DNA from: an uncultured Candidatus Saccharibacteria bacterium
GTDB taxonomy: Bacteria; Patescibacteriota; Minisyncoccia; Ryanbacterales; 2-02-FULL-48-12
Direction: 5' to 3'
Length of the DNA: 64,000 nt
Assembly: GCA_964479945.1 (NCBI GenBank)
Contig: CAYZNS010000004.1
Location: 13,715-77,714, forward strand
Shown here: one piece after another, positions 1 through 9,596 of the stretch
Layout: each line of letters starts with the position of its first letter
How positions within the stretch are numbered: position 1 is the stretch's first letter
Made by a program: the position numbers and the translations under genes
The notes under the pieces: model-generated
Database searches by the model: none
What the model saw: the letters and a program-made list of their open reading frames with translations, nothing else
Told to the model about the DNA's origin: nothing

Positions 1-5
1 CCAGT

Positions 6-1382
6 TTGTATCATTTTCCATCAGGATTTTTATCTGCCCCGAAAGTAAAATACTTAAAAGCCCGTGAGGCGCCCCCGCCCGCGAATTTGCCGGAGAGCGG
101 CATTCTTTTGGGCGAAAACGTATTCCGCGGTGATCGTTCTCTGATACACATTCAACCGGATGACCGTCGTCGCCATCTTTATACTATCGGGCAGACAGGT
201 ACTGGGAAAACTAATTTCATGAAGAGTATGATCCATCAGGATATTATGGCGGGTCAGGGCGTATGTTTTATAGATCCGCATGGTGAGACAACAGAAGAAC
301 TTCTAGAGCTTATTCCCAAAGAGCGCGTGGACGACGTAATTTATTTTAATCCGGGCGACGTGGCGCGCCCGCTGGGCCTCAACATGCTGGAATACGATGC
401 GCGGTTTCCGGAGCAGAAAACGTTTGTGGTAAACGAGATGTTCAGCATTTTCCAGAAGCTCTACGGCGCGGTACCCGAATCCATGGGACCTATGTTTGAG
501 CAGTATTTCCGCAACGCCACCATGCTGGTGATGGACGATCCTGCATCCGGCAGCACGCTTATGGAAATTGAGCGCGTACTTTCTGACAAGGACTTCCGCG
601 CGTATAAACTCTCACGCACGAAAAACGTAGTAGTGCGCACGTTTTGGGAAGACGTAGCGGAGAAAGCGGGCGGGGAAGCCGCGCTTCAGAATATCGTCCC
701 CTATATTACATCCAAGTTTGACATTTTTCTTGCCAATGAAATCATGCGGCCTATTGTAGGGCAGGAGGCGTCCGCGTTTAATTTCCGTGAAGTAATGGAT
801 GCGCAAAAAATTCTTCTGGTGAATCTTTCCAAAGGGCGGCTTGGCGACATTAACTCCCATCTTTTGGGGCTTATTATAGTAGGCAAACTTCTTATGGCGG
901 CCCTTTCGCGCGGGGAGATGCCGCAACTGGAACGCAGGGATTTTTATCTCTATATTGACGAGTTTCAGAATGTTACCACGAAATCCATAGAGACGATTCT
1001 TTCCGAAGCCCGCAAGTACCGCCTGAACTTGACCGTTGCGCACCAGTTCATCGGGCAGTTGGAAGAGAATATAAAGAAAGCGGTGTTCGGCAACGTGGGG
1101 TCCATGGTTTCATTTCGCATCGGCGCGGATGATGCGGAATATATAGAAGATCAATTCGCGCCGGTGTTCAACGCGCATGATCTTATGAACATAGACAACT
1201 ACAATGCGTATGTGAAATTATTAATAAATGGGCAAACGTCGCGTCCGTTCAACATCCGCACGTTCGCCGTGCCGGAAGGGAACAAGGCGGTGGCGGAGGC
1301 GGTAAAGGAATTATCAAGCATAAAATACGGCAAGCCGCGCGAAGAGGTGGAGTGGAAAATAGCATCGCGCTTCCGCGCGTAG
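6..1382 (+). CDS. VirB4/TraG/HerA-like P-loop ATPase (T4SS coupling-protein-like), 5'-truncated by window edge
   Basis: DRRRHLYTIGQTGTGKT Walker A; FIDPHG; LYIDEFQN Walker B; SEARKYRL motif. Confidence 0.85.
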   Translation: MYHFPSGFLSAPKVKYLKAREAPPPANLPESGILLGENVFRGDRSLIHIQPDDRRRHLYTIGQTGTGKTNFMKSMIHQDIMAGQGVCFIDPHGETTEELLELIPKERVDDVIYFNPGDVARPLGLNMLEYDARFPEQKTFVVNEMFSIFQKLYGAVPESMGPMFEQYFRNATMLVMDDPASGSTLMEIERVLSDKDFRAYKLSRTKNVVVRTFWEDVAEKAGGEAALQNIVPYITSKFDIFLANEIMRPIVGQEASAFNFREVMDAQKILLVNLSKGRLGDINSHLLGLIIVGKLLMAALSRGEMPQLERRDFYLYIDEFQNVTTKSIETILSEARKYRLNLTVAHQFIGQLEENIKKAVFGNVGSMVSFRIGADDAEYIEDQFAPVFNAHDLMNIDNYNAYVKLLINGQTSRPFNIRTFAVPEGNKAVAEAVKELSSIKYGKPREEVEWKIASRFRA

Positions 1383-1386
1383 GATA

Positions 1387-1444
1387 GTAACCCGTAAACC
1401 GTAACTCGTACAAAAAATTACGGATTACGAGTTATGAGTTACGT
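1387..1444. repeat. Inverted pair of heptamer arrays (CGTAACT-type / TTACGAG-type)
   Basis: gtaacccgtaaaccgtaactcgta ... ttacggattacgagttatgagttacg. Confidence 0.85.
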
Positions 1445-1446
1445 TT

Positions 1447-2013
1447 ATGATTTTTCAAGATATCATAATAGGTTTTTCTGATATCGCAAGTGCATTAACT
1501 TCCGATTTGGGGGTGTGGTGGCTCTTGACTCCCATTATTTTTTTGTGGCTTGCCATGGAAGTGTATTTCGGCGAATATAAACAAGAGCAGTTGGGATTTT
1601 CCAGCACGCTTGCTAATGGGTTTTCTCTGTTCTGGATTTCCATTATGTCATTTCGCGTGTTCTTGTTATTTGAGCGCGCGTACGCGAACGGCGCGTATCG
1701 CGATATGCGGGTATATATTCTCGGCTTTCTTGTGCTGTATGCCCTTGCTATAATTTATTTTTCCTTTTCGCACCGGTTAAGCGCTGCTATTGTGCAAGTG
1801 CTTGCCGGCCCGTCGCTCACGTATTTCTTTTCCATCCTTTCCGTATTGTGGGGACAACGCCTGTTGAATGTTTCGTTGCCTATCATATACGCTTTATGTA
1901 TATCCTTCGGCATTCTTATCTTTATATTTTCCTTATTGCGCCATCAATTGGGATTACGGGGAGAAGTGGAACGCATCCGGCAGTTGGATGGTAATAATAT
2001 GAATCATGCGTGA
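1447..2013 (+). CDS. Multi-pass membrane protein, unknown function
   Basis: 188-aa ORF with about 5-6 hydrophobic segments. Confidence 0.7.
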   Translation: MIFQDIIIGFSDIASALTSDLGVWWLLTPIIFLWLAMEVYFGEYKQEQLGFSSTLANGFSLFWISIMSFRVFLLFERAYANGAYRDMRVYILGFLVLYALAIIYFSFSHRLSAAIVQVLAGPSLTYFFSILSVLWGQRLLNVSLPIIYALCISFGILIFIFSLLRHQLGLRGEVERIRQLDGNNMNHA

Positions 2014-2728
2014 CGGAGATTACCGCATAGCAGCCATTGCCGGATTCTTCACCGGTGTTTTCATGTTGCCGGTGCTTTATAACCTTGCCATTGCATTCCC
2101 GTTTGGCTTGCCGTACGTGAGCATCGTTTTTATCATCCCTGTTTTCTGGGTAATTGGCATCTGGCTGGGAAAGGTTCTTTCCCGCTGGCTGGGCATCATG
2201 CCGCAGTTTTCGCGGTATGCGGCCGCCGGATTTTTGAGCTTCGCCATTGATTTCGGCATTACCAATACGCTTATATTCTTTACCGGCATTGCATCCGGGA
2301 GATGGTTTGCCGTATTTAAGGCGGCGGGTTATGTAGTGGCAAATGTTAACGCATATATATGGAACAAATATTGGGTATTCCGCCAATATACGCCGGACGA
2401 GCGTGTATCACTGCGCACAGTCGCGCGCGAATACGGCAAATTCCTGACGGTGAGCGTTATCGGTTTTGTTATCAATGTCTCCGTGGCGTCGCTGGTGGTG
2501 GATGTTATCCGGCCGCAGTTCGGTTTTGCGGAAAAAGCATGGGCAAATATTGCCCTTATAATAGCAACGGCAATAACCATCATTTGGAATTTCGCGGGGT
2601 ATAAATTGTTTGTTTTTAGAAAATCTGTGAATCAGCAAAACAATAATGGCAATGATGAGAGTACGGGTATTGATAATGAAATTCAAAAATCAATATTCAA
2701 AAATCAAAATTACAATTCAAAATTTTAA
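2006..2728 (+). CDS. GtrA-family membrane protein
   Basis: QFSRYAAAGFLSFAIDFG, NAYIWNKYWVF and WNFAGYKLFVF GtrA-like motifs; C-terminal tail encoded by heptamer repeats. Confidence 0.85.
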   Translation: MRDGDYRIAAIAGFFTGVFMLPVLYNLAIAFPFGLPYVSIVFIIPVFWVIGIWLGKVLSRWLGIMPQFSRYAAAGFLSFAIDFGITNTLIFFTGIASGRWFAVFKAAGYVVANVNAYIWNKYWVFRQYTPDERVSLRTVAREYGKFLTVSVIGFVINVSVASLVVDVIRPQFGFAEKAWANIALIIATAITIIWNFAGYKLFVFRKSVNQQNNNGNDESTGIDNEIQKSIFKNQNYNSKF

Positions 2729-2817
2729 ATTTTACACTGTAATTTTTCATTTTGCACTTTTAATTTTGCATTTCATAAGGTCTGGAATACCTGCATTTTT
2801 CGTGTTATCATGTCCTT

Positions 2818-3948
2818 ATGCAGAATCAAGTTTTATATAGAAAATACCGTCCCCAGAGCTTTGGCGACGTGGTGGGGCAGGCGCATGTTACAACCCTTCT
2901 AAAAAATGCCGTCAAGCTGAACCGGGTGGCGCACGCGTTTTTGTTTTCCGGTCCGCGCGGCACGGGAAAAACTACCGTCGCGCGGCTCTTGGCGAAAGCG
3001 GCAAGTTGCGAGAAGCCCAAAGACGGCGAGCCATGCAACACATGCGGCATATGCAAAGAATTTTCTTCCGGCGCCTCGCTTGATCTTATTGAAATAGACG
3101 CGGCCTCTTCCCGCGGCATTGACGATATTCGCGAACTGCGGGAGTCTGTGCGCTTGGCGCCCAGCCGCGGCAGGTATAAGGCGTACATCATCGACGAGGT
3201 GCATATGTTGACAAAAGAAGCATTTAATGCTCTCCTCAAAACTTTGGAAGAGCCGCCGGCGCACGCGATGTTCATTCTTGCGACCACGGAGTTTCAAAAA
3301 ATGCCGGAGACCATTGTATCCCGCACGCAGCATTATGAATTCCGTAAAATCGCAACGCTCGCCATTGTGGACCGCCTCTCCATGTTGGCAGAGAAGGAGG
3401 GGATCAGCGCCGAAAAAGATGCGTTGCGCCTTATAGGCATATTTGCAGACGGCGGCTTGCGCGACGCCGAGAGCATGCTGGGGCAGGTGGCAAGCGGCCG
3501 CGATAAGCTCACGGCGGAAGACGTGCGGCTGGTGCTGGGCGCGCCCAAGGAAGAACACGTACACGCGTTTATTGTCGCACTCTTTGCCAAAGACGCGGGA
3601 ACGGCGGCGCGCATTGCGAACGCCGCGATTGATGAAGGAACGGATCCGCAGATGTATCTTAAAATGAATATCCGCAATGTGCGGCATGTATTATTGCAAC
3701 GGCTTGACGCGAGCGCTGCGGTTCGTCTCAAGGACGATCTTACCGAAGCCGAACAGAAGTTTCTGGGTGCCGTGCCTGTAACGTTGAGTGTTCCGCAGTT
3801 GGAACACATGTTAAAATCCTTGATCGACGCCTACTGGATGAGTTATCGCGCTGTCTTCCCCCAGTTGCCGCTGGAGCTTGCCATTGTGGAAATTTTGCGG
3901 GATAGTTTTGGGGAGGAGAAAAAAGCAGTAAATCATATTGGGGAGTAG
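2818..3948 (+). CDS. dnaX: DNA polymerase III subunit gamma/tau
   Basis: LYRKYRP, GPRGTGKTT, IIDEVHML, LLKTLEEPP motifs. Confidence 0.97.
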   Translation: MQNQVLYRKYRPQSFGDVVGQAHVTTLLKNAVKLNRVAHAFLFSGPRGTGKTTVARLLAKAASCEKPKDGEPCNTCGICKEFSSGASLDLIEIDAASSRGIDDIRELRESVRLAPSRGRYKAYIIDEVHMLTKEAFNALLKTLEEPPAHAMFILATTEFQKMPETIVSRTQHYEFRKIATLAIVDRLSMLAEKEGISAEKDALRLIGIFADGGLRDAESMLGQVASGRDKLTAEDVRLVLGAPKEEHVHAFIVALFAKDAGTAARIANAAIDEGTDPQMYLKMNIRNVRHVLLQRLDASAAVRLKDDLTEAEQKFLGAVPVTLSVPQLEHMLKSLIDAYWMSYRAVFPQLPLELAIVEILRDSFGEEKKAVNHIGE

Positions 3949-4009
3949 TGAAACGGTATCACGCGGGACTTTGGATCCCTAATTCCAGGTTCGAATCCTG
4001 GCTCCCCAG
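3939..4009 (+). tRNA. tRNA-Gln(TTG)
   Basis: Acceptor TGGGGAG/CTCCCCA, anticodon loop CT-TTG-GA, T-arm CCAGG-TTCGAAT-CCTGG. Confidence 0.93.
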
Positions 4010-4072
4010 CCGCTAATATTGTTTACGTACAAACGTTCCAACTTTCCCCAAGCATAATCCTCGCGGTTACCA

Positions 4073-4110
4073 TTAGCACTCTTGACACAAGAGTGCTAAT
4101 TTTTTATTAT
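4073..4110 (+). promoter_or_regulatory. CIRCE operator overlapping a sigma70 promoter of hrcA-grpE-dnaK
   Basis: Perfect TTAGCACTC-N9-GAGTGCTAA (4073-4099); TTGACA at 4082-4087 inside the spacer; TATTAT at 4105-4110 after a 17-bp spacer. Confidence 0.95.
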
Positions 4111-4121
4111 TGATACTATAA

Positions 4122-4787
4122 ATGCTTACGGCACGAGAACAGCATATATTAGAGCATGTAGTGCGGGAGTACATTGCAAACGCTACGCCCGTTTCATCAA
4201 AATGTGTTGCGGATAGCGGTATGATTGAGGCAAGTCCGGCCACTATACGCGCGGTGATGATGTATCTGGAAGACAAGGGGTTTCTGCGCCAGCCGCATAC
4301 GTCTGCCGGCCGTCTGCCAACGCAGCGCGGCTATCGGTATTTTGTGGATCACTGCCTGATACAGGAAGATGAAGCGCATGAGTTTGTAGATTTGCATGAA
4401 GCGCTACGTTTTGTAAGCGGGCGTTCGCGGCTCTTTACAGCCATGGTCAATCAGCGGGCGCATACGGTGGCATATTATGGCGTTGAGACAGTCCTACAGA
4501 GTCCTGAATTTACAGATCCGCACTGCCTGCGCATGTTTGGGCGCCTGGTGGATGCGTTGTATTCGTTTGCCGAATACTACGAGGAAGAATTGGAAGATGC
4601 GGAACAGACGCCGCGCGTATTTATTGAGCGTGAAAACCCGGCGCGGGAAGCGCAGTCGCTAGGCGTGGTAACGGCGCCGCTGCAGGATGAAGCCACATTG
4701 TTTTTCGCCATAGGGCCGTCGCGCATGGATTACGGATCTGCCATATCGGCCGTGCGAGCCATTGCGGAAAATCCTATGTGGCACTAA
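4122..4787 (+). CDS. hrcA: Heat-inducible transcription repressor HrcA (short form)
   Basis: SPATIR and QPHTSAGRLPT winged-helix motifs; IGPSRMDY; follows CIRCE. Confidence 0.93.
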   Translation: MLTAREQHILEHVVREYIANATPVSSKCVADSGMIEASPATIRAVMMYLEDKGFLRQPHTSAGRLPTQRGYRYFVDHCLIQEDEAHEFVDLHEALRFVSGRSRLFTAMVNQRAHTVAYYGVETVLQSPEFTDPHCLRMFGRLVDALYSFAEYYEEELEDAEQTPRVFIERENPAREAQSLGVVTAPLQDEATLFFAIGPSRMDYGSAISAVRAIAENPMWH

Positions 4788-4790
4788 CAT

Positions 4791-5348
4791 TTGTATATGA
4801 ATAACGAAGGACAAGAAAATGAGAAAGAACAGTATGAACCGGAAGAGGGAGGATTGGACGCAACAAACTTATCAGCCAGAGAGGTAGGGCTTCGGCGGGA
4901 CCTTGCACAGTGCCGCAAGGAGAAGCAGGAGTATCTGCAAGGCTGGCAGCGGTGCCAAGCGGATGCGGTAAATTTCCGGCAGGAAGAAGAGAGGCGGCGC
5001 AAAGAATACGCGCTGTTTGCGGCGGAAGGCATTATACGGGATATTCTGAACGTACTTGCCACATTTCATCACGCGTTTACAGGAAAGGATGATAAGGATC
5101 CTTATACCCGCGGCTTTCGGCACATATATGCGCAACTGGAAGCAGTGCTCCAGAGGCATGGGGTTGAGCAAATCATGACAAACGAGGAGCCGTTTAATGC
5201 GCTGCTTCACGAAGCTGTTGAAAATGTGCCGGTAGAAGATGCGGAGCAAGACAATATGGTTATGGAAGAAGTGGAAAAAGGATATATGCTGCATGGGAAG
5301 GTTATAAAGCCGGCAAAAGTGAAGGTGGGACAGTACAAAGAAAATTAA
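4791..5348 (+). CDS. grpE: Nucleotide exchange factor GrpE (start probably ATG 4797)
   Basis: FNALLHEAV and KGYMLHGKVIKPAKVKV motifs; operon context. Confidence 0.95.
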   Translation: MYMNNEGQENEKEQYEPEEGGLDATNLSAREVGLRRDLAQCRKEKQEYLQGWQRCQADAVNFRQEEERRRKEYALFAAEGIIRDILNVLATFHHAFTGKDDKDPYTRGFRHIYAQLEAVLQRHGVEQIMTNEEPFNALLHEAVENVPVEDAEQDNMVMEEVEKGYMLHGKVIKPAKVKVGQYKEN

Positions 5349-5469
5349 AAATGCAAAAATAAAAATGAAAAATTACAAATCAAAATGTGAAAATGGAAAA
5401 AGAGGAATAGCGGCAATTTTACAACTTTAACATTGTAAAATAAGATTACAGGTTTATAAATAAAAAAAT

Positions 5470-7371
5470 ATGTCAAAGATACTAGGAATTGACCTCGGTA
5501 CCACCAACTCCGCCATGGCGGTGATGCAGGCGGGGCAGCCGAAAATAATAGAAAACAAAGAAGGGAACCGCACCACGCCGTCCATGGTAGCGGTCTCTAA
5601 AACGGCCGAGCGCCTGGCCGGTTTGCTTGCCAAGCGTCAGGCAATTACGAATCCTAAAAACACCATTTATTCCGCGAAGCGTCTGATCGGGCGCACGTTC
5701 ACGGACGCGCAGCTGGATAAGGACAAAGAAACCCTGCCATATGACATCCGCGCGTCGGCAAGCGGCGGCGTTGAGATTCGCATGGCGGATAAATGGTATA
5801 GGCCGGAGGAGATCTCTGCTATGGTTCTCCAGAAACTCAAGCATGATGCCGAAGAATACTTGGGCGAGAAAATAACGGAAGCGATTATAACCGTTCCTGC
5901 GTATTTTGACGACGATCAGCGGCAGGCAACCAAAAATGCGGGTGAGATAGCGGGCCTTACCGTGCGCCGAATTATCAACGAGCCCACGGCGGCCGCGCTT
6001 GCGTACGGGTTTGATAAAAAGAAGAACGAAAAGATAGTAGTGTATGATTTCGGCGGCGGCACGTTTGACGTATCAGTGCTGGAAATCGGCGACAATACCA
6101 TTGAGGTGCGCGCCACAGGCGGAGATACGCATTTGGGAGGGGATGATTTTGATCAGAAAATTATTGATCACCTTGTCGTGGAATTCAAGAAGGAATCCGG
6201 CATAGATATCTCAAAGGACGGCCTTGCCCTTCAGCGTCTTAAAGAAGCGGCGGAGAAAGCAAAACATGAATTATCTACTACGGTAGAGACGGAAATAAAT
6301 ATTCCCTTTATAACTTCCGGCGCGGACGGGCCGCAGCATCTCCTAATCAAGCTCGCGCGCGCCAAGTTGGAATCCCTGGTGAGTGAATATGTCTTACGCT
6401 CCGTGGAAATAACCAGGCAGGTAGTGCGCGATGCAAAATTTGAACTACACGCGATAGACGAAGTCATTTTGGTGGGCGGACAAACGCGCATGCCAGCCAT
6501 TGTAAATGCGGTGAAGGAACTGTTCGGCAAAGAGCCGAACAAGTCCATCAACCCGGATGAAGTGGTGGCGGTTGGAGCAGCTATTCAGGGCGGCATTATG
6601 CAGGGAGACGTAAAGGATGTTCTCCTTCTGGATGTAACACCGCTTTCGTTTGGCATTGAAACATTAGGGGGGGTATTTACGCGCCTTATAGAAAAAAATA
6701 CCACCATTCCCACGGCCAAAAGCCAGATATTTTCCACCGCCGCGGACAATCAAACGTCCGTGGAAGTGCACGTGCTGCAAGGGGAGCGGGAATTCGCGCG
6801 GGACAACAAAAGCTTGGGCCGGTTTATATTGGACGGTATCCCGCCTGCCCCCCGCGGCATGCCGCAAGTGGAGGTTACGTTTGACATTGATGCGAACGGC
6901 ATCCTCAATGTGAAAGCAAAAGACAAAGCGTCCGGCAAAGAACAATCCATTCGTATTGAAGCGTCTACCGGACTCTCCAAGGAAGAGATAGAGCGCATGA
7001 AGCAGGATGCGGCCGCGCATGCCGAGGAAGACAAGAAACGCAAAGAGACTGTGGAAATGAAAAATACGGCAGACGCGCTTATCTACACGGCGGAGAAGTC
7101 TCTCCGCGACGCGGGCGACAAAGCGCCGGAAGATATCCGCAAAGACGTGGAGACGAAAATAGAGGATCTCAAAAAAGCGAAGGAAGGGGATGACGCGCAG
7201 CAGATTCAAAACGTGTCCAGCGCGCTGCAAGCATCGCTTTCAAAGATAGGCGAGTATCTCTACAAGCAGCAGCCGCAAGAGAACAAAGGCACGCAATCAA
7301 CTGATGATAAGAAAGACAATGTGAAAGATGCGGAGTTCAAGGATGTAGAAGATAAGAATAAAGAATCATGA
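5470..7371 (+). CDS. dnaK: Chaperone DnaK
   Basis: [25 protein letters not shown] Hsp70 signatures. Confidence 0.99.
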   Translation: MSKILGIDLGTTNSAMAVMQAGQPKIIENKEGNRTTPSMVAVSKTAERLAGLLAKRQAITNPKNTIYSAKRLIGRTFTDAQLDKDKETLPYDIRASASGGVEIRMADKWYRPEEISAMVLQKLKHDAEEYLGEKITEAIITVPAYFDDDQRQATKNAGEIAGLTVRRIINEPTAAALAYGFDKKKNEKIVVYDFGGGTFDVSVLEIGDNTIEVRATGGDTHLGGDDFDQKIIDHLVVEFKKESGIDISKDGLALQRLKEAAEKAKHELSTTVETEINIPFITSGADGPQHLLIKLARAKLESLVSEYVLRSVEITRQVVRDAKFELHAIDEVILVGGQTRMPAIVNAVKELFGKEPNKSINPDEVVAVGAAIQGGIMQGDVKDVLLLDVTPLSFGIETLGGVFTRLIEKNTTIPTAKSQIFSTAADNQTSVEVHVLQGEREFARDNKSLGRFILDGIPPAPRGMPQVEVTFDIDANGILNVKAKDKASGKEQSIRIEASTGLSKEEIERMKQDAAAHAEEDKKRKETVEMKNTADALIYTAEKSLRDAGDKAPEDIRKDVETKIEDLKKAKEGDDAQQIQNVSSALQASLSKIGEYLYKQQPQENKGTQSTDDKKDNVKDAEFKDVEDKNKES

Positions 7372-7567
7372 ATCATGAATCATGAATTATGAAATATGGA
7401 AAACGTAAAACTCTAAACTCTAAGTCCTAAACAAGTCTCAAGTTCAAAGTGCAAAGTTCAAAAAGAGGTTTTTATGCTTTATGTTTTTATCTTCGAGTTT
7501 GTTTAGAGTTTAGGGTTTGGAACTTAGAATTTTTGTCCTTGATTCATAATTCTTACTTCATAATTCA
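7363..7567. repeat. Nested inverted heptamer arrays (outer ATGAATC/GATTCAT, inner AAACTCT/AGAGTTT types)
   Basis: gaatcatgaatcatgaatcatgaattatgaa ... aaactctaaactctaagtcctaaacaa ... ttgtttagagtttagggtttggaacttag ... gattcataattcttacttcataattc. Confidence 0.85.
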
Positions 7568-7569
7568 AA

Positions 7570-8544
7570 ATGCTTTATACTGAAAGCATTATGACGAATG
7601 TTAAATCTTTCATTGTCGGCATAATCATAGTTGCGTCTTCTGTCCCTTTTTGGTTTTTCTATCGCGAGGCAATCGGCCTCAATGCAGGTAACGGCCTTGC
7701 CGTGTCTTACGCGCTGATATTGCTGACAATTAATCTTGCCGCAACGGCGCTTTTGCTTCTGTTCGCGGAACGCGCGCGCATACTTATTGTGGTGGCCGTG
7801 CTGAACGCGTTTTCGTTTCTTTATTTTTTTGGCGCTTCCGTAATTACGGGCATAGGTGCGTTTTTTCTTTTGGCGGCCGTGTGGTACGCGTACGAGCGGG
7901 TGCATGCGGAGATTGAAAGCCGTATTACATTTAACGTGTCCATTCTGTTGCGGCAGGGCATGCCTTCCGTTCTTACGGCGCTTGCCATAGCGCTTGCATT
8001 GGGATATTTTGTGCAAACCGCGAAAACGCCCGAGCGCATTACCATACGCGATATTATTCCCCGCGCGGTGTTTGAGGCCGTATTTGAGAATACCGTTCCC
8101 TATATTGGCACTGCGGCGCTTGAGGGTTTTAGCGCCAATCTCACGGTTGACGAATACATAGAGCGGCAGCTTACAAAAGGCGGGCTGGATATAACACAGC
8201 TCCCCGCCGGCGAGCGGGAACAAGTTTTTGCCCGCGCCCGGGAAGAGCTGTTTCGGCAGGTTTCCGACACGCTGCCGGAAACTTCCATTCAGGGTGATAC
8301 GCGCATCGGCGACGTATTGTATGACATTATTATTGCGCGAAGCGAGCAGGTACTCGCACCCTATCAGCAGTTTATCCCTTTTGCGTTTGCATTCGGACTC
8401 TTTTTATTTCTTCGTACGGTTGCGCTGCCATATGGGTGGGCAATTTCATGGATTATCCGCGGCGCCATAGCGCTGCTTCGGCGCGGAGGAGTGGTGGTGC
8501 GAACGGAGGAACAGGCTGTGAAAGAACGCATGTCTTGGGCATGA
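7570..8544 (+). CDS. Multi-pass membrane protein, unknown function (start may be 7591)
   Basis: Long ORF with several TM segments and a soluble loop. Confidence 0.75.
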   Translation: MLYTESIMTNVKSFIVGIIIVASSVPFWFFYREAIGLNAGNGLAVSYALILLTINLAATALLLLFAERARILIVVAVLNAFSFLYFFGASVITGIGAFFLLAAVWYAYERVHAEIESRITFNVSILLRQGMPSVLTALAIALALGYFVQTAKTPERITIRDIIPRAVFEAVFENTVPYIGTAALEGFSANLTVDEYIERQLTKGGLDITQLPAGEREQVFARAREELFRQVSDTLPETSIQGDTRIGDVLYDIIIARSEQVLAPYQQFIPFAFAFGLFLFLRTVALPYGWAISWIIRGAIALLRRGGVVVRTEEQAVKERMSWA

Positions 8545-8622
8545 AGGGGAGGGATATCCACAGGATTTTGGTTACGAGGCGCTTGACAAGCCAGACGCAT
8601 TTTTGATACATAAGAAAGTAAC

Positions 8623-8742
8623 ATGAATACGATAGGTCGCAGCTATTACATGGGCAGGGAGGCAAGCGCTCTCCTCTTTTGGGGCGTGCTTTTTATTACT
8701 CTCTTTGCCATCGTAACGGGGCGGCTTCAGGTGTTTTCCTAA
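8623..8742 (+). CDS. 39-aa single-TM small protein (not in ORF track)
   Basis: MNTIGRSYYMGREASALLFWGVLFITLFAIVTGRLQVFS; TTGACA at 8583; downstream terminator. Confidence 0.55.
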   Translation: MNTIGRSYYMGREASALLFWGVLFITLFAIVTGRLQVFS

Positions 8743-8794
8743 AACAAAAGGAGGCAGAAAAAGGAAAACAAAAACAAGAGTATATCAAGCAGCC

Positions 8795-8823
8795 GATCCC
8801 GCAAAAACGGGATCGGTTTTTTT
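8795..8823 (+). terminator. Intrinsic terminator
   Basis: CCGATCCCG-caaaaa-CGGGATCGG followed by T7. Confidence 0.8.
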
Positions 8824-8851
8824 GTTCTTTAACAACAACATAGGAGGGTGT

Positions 8852-9223
8852 ATGCAGAAATGCGTAGATTGCGGAGCATTCACGGATGTTGTGGAAGGCG
8901 GTTTCCAGTGTCCGGCTTGCGGGTTGTTTTTCCAGCGAAGCGCCGGAAACCGTATTCGTATTTCCGGAAATGAATTACGGCGTATTGCGTCCAAAGCTAT
9001 GAAAACAGAAGAATGGAGGTGTCCTGTGCAGTGTAAATGCGGATCAGATATGGCGCCTATAGATCAGGGAGTATTTTTATGCCATGCATGCGGTATAACG
9101 CGGGAAGTGAAAAACAACGAATGGAAAGAGAATGACCTGATCGCCCGCATGGACAAGCGGTTTAAGGGATTTCGCGATCATGTAAACACATTTTTTTACC
9201 TGCTGCGGCAATCGCCGTTCTAG
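8852..9223 (+). CDS. Double zinc-ribbon protein
   Basis: SD AGGAGG then ATG 8852; CVDC, CPAC, CKC, CHAC. Confidence 0.7.
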   Translation: MQKCVDCGAFTDVVEGGFQCPACGLFFQRSAGNRIRISGNELRRIASKAMKTEEWRCPVQCKCGSDMAPIDQGVFLCHACGITREVKNNEWKENDLIARMDKRFKGFRDHVNTFFYLLRQSPF

Positions 9224-9235
9224 AGGAGGTCTGTC

Positions 9236-9517
9236 ATGAGTGATGTTATGTTTCTATTGTTGCAGGTTGGTGATTTGCAGTTAACTGGTTACTGGGTGAG
9301 GCAATATGATATAAGCTGTCCATTTCGCGACTGCAAGTCAGATGATGTGTATGTTTTGTTCGATGGCCAAAGCCGCACCAGTACGTATCCTTACCGCTGC
9401 TGGAAGTGTGAGCAGGTGTGGTATTTTGCATATTCCCAATTCCCCATACCGGATTTCTTTAGCTTAAAGCGGGAAGGGAAAGACACGCGCATACCACAAG
9501 TTAACGTAAAGAAATAA
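9236..9517 (+). CDS. Small putative zinc-ribbon protein
   Basis: SD GAGGAGGT; CPFRDC...CWKC; terminator AGGATTGCT..AGCAATCCT plus T-run at about 9530-9560. Confidence 0.65.
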   Translation: MSDVMFLLLQVGDLQLTGYWVRQYDISCPFRDCKSDDVYVLFDGQSRTSTYPYRCWKCEQVWYFAYSQFPIPDFFSLKREGKDTRIPQVNVKK

Positions 9518-9596
9518 CAATCATGTATCAGGATTGCTTGGCAAAGAGCAATCCTTTTTTCTTGAAAATATGCATGGAGTATAGTAGCTTTATGAA

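Noticed and set aside
6-1382. Conjugative element implied by the VirB4/TraG-like ATPase
   Set aside because: No relaxase, integrase or other T4SS genes downstream; the upstream context is outside the window.
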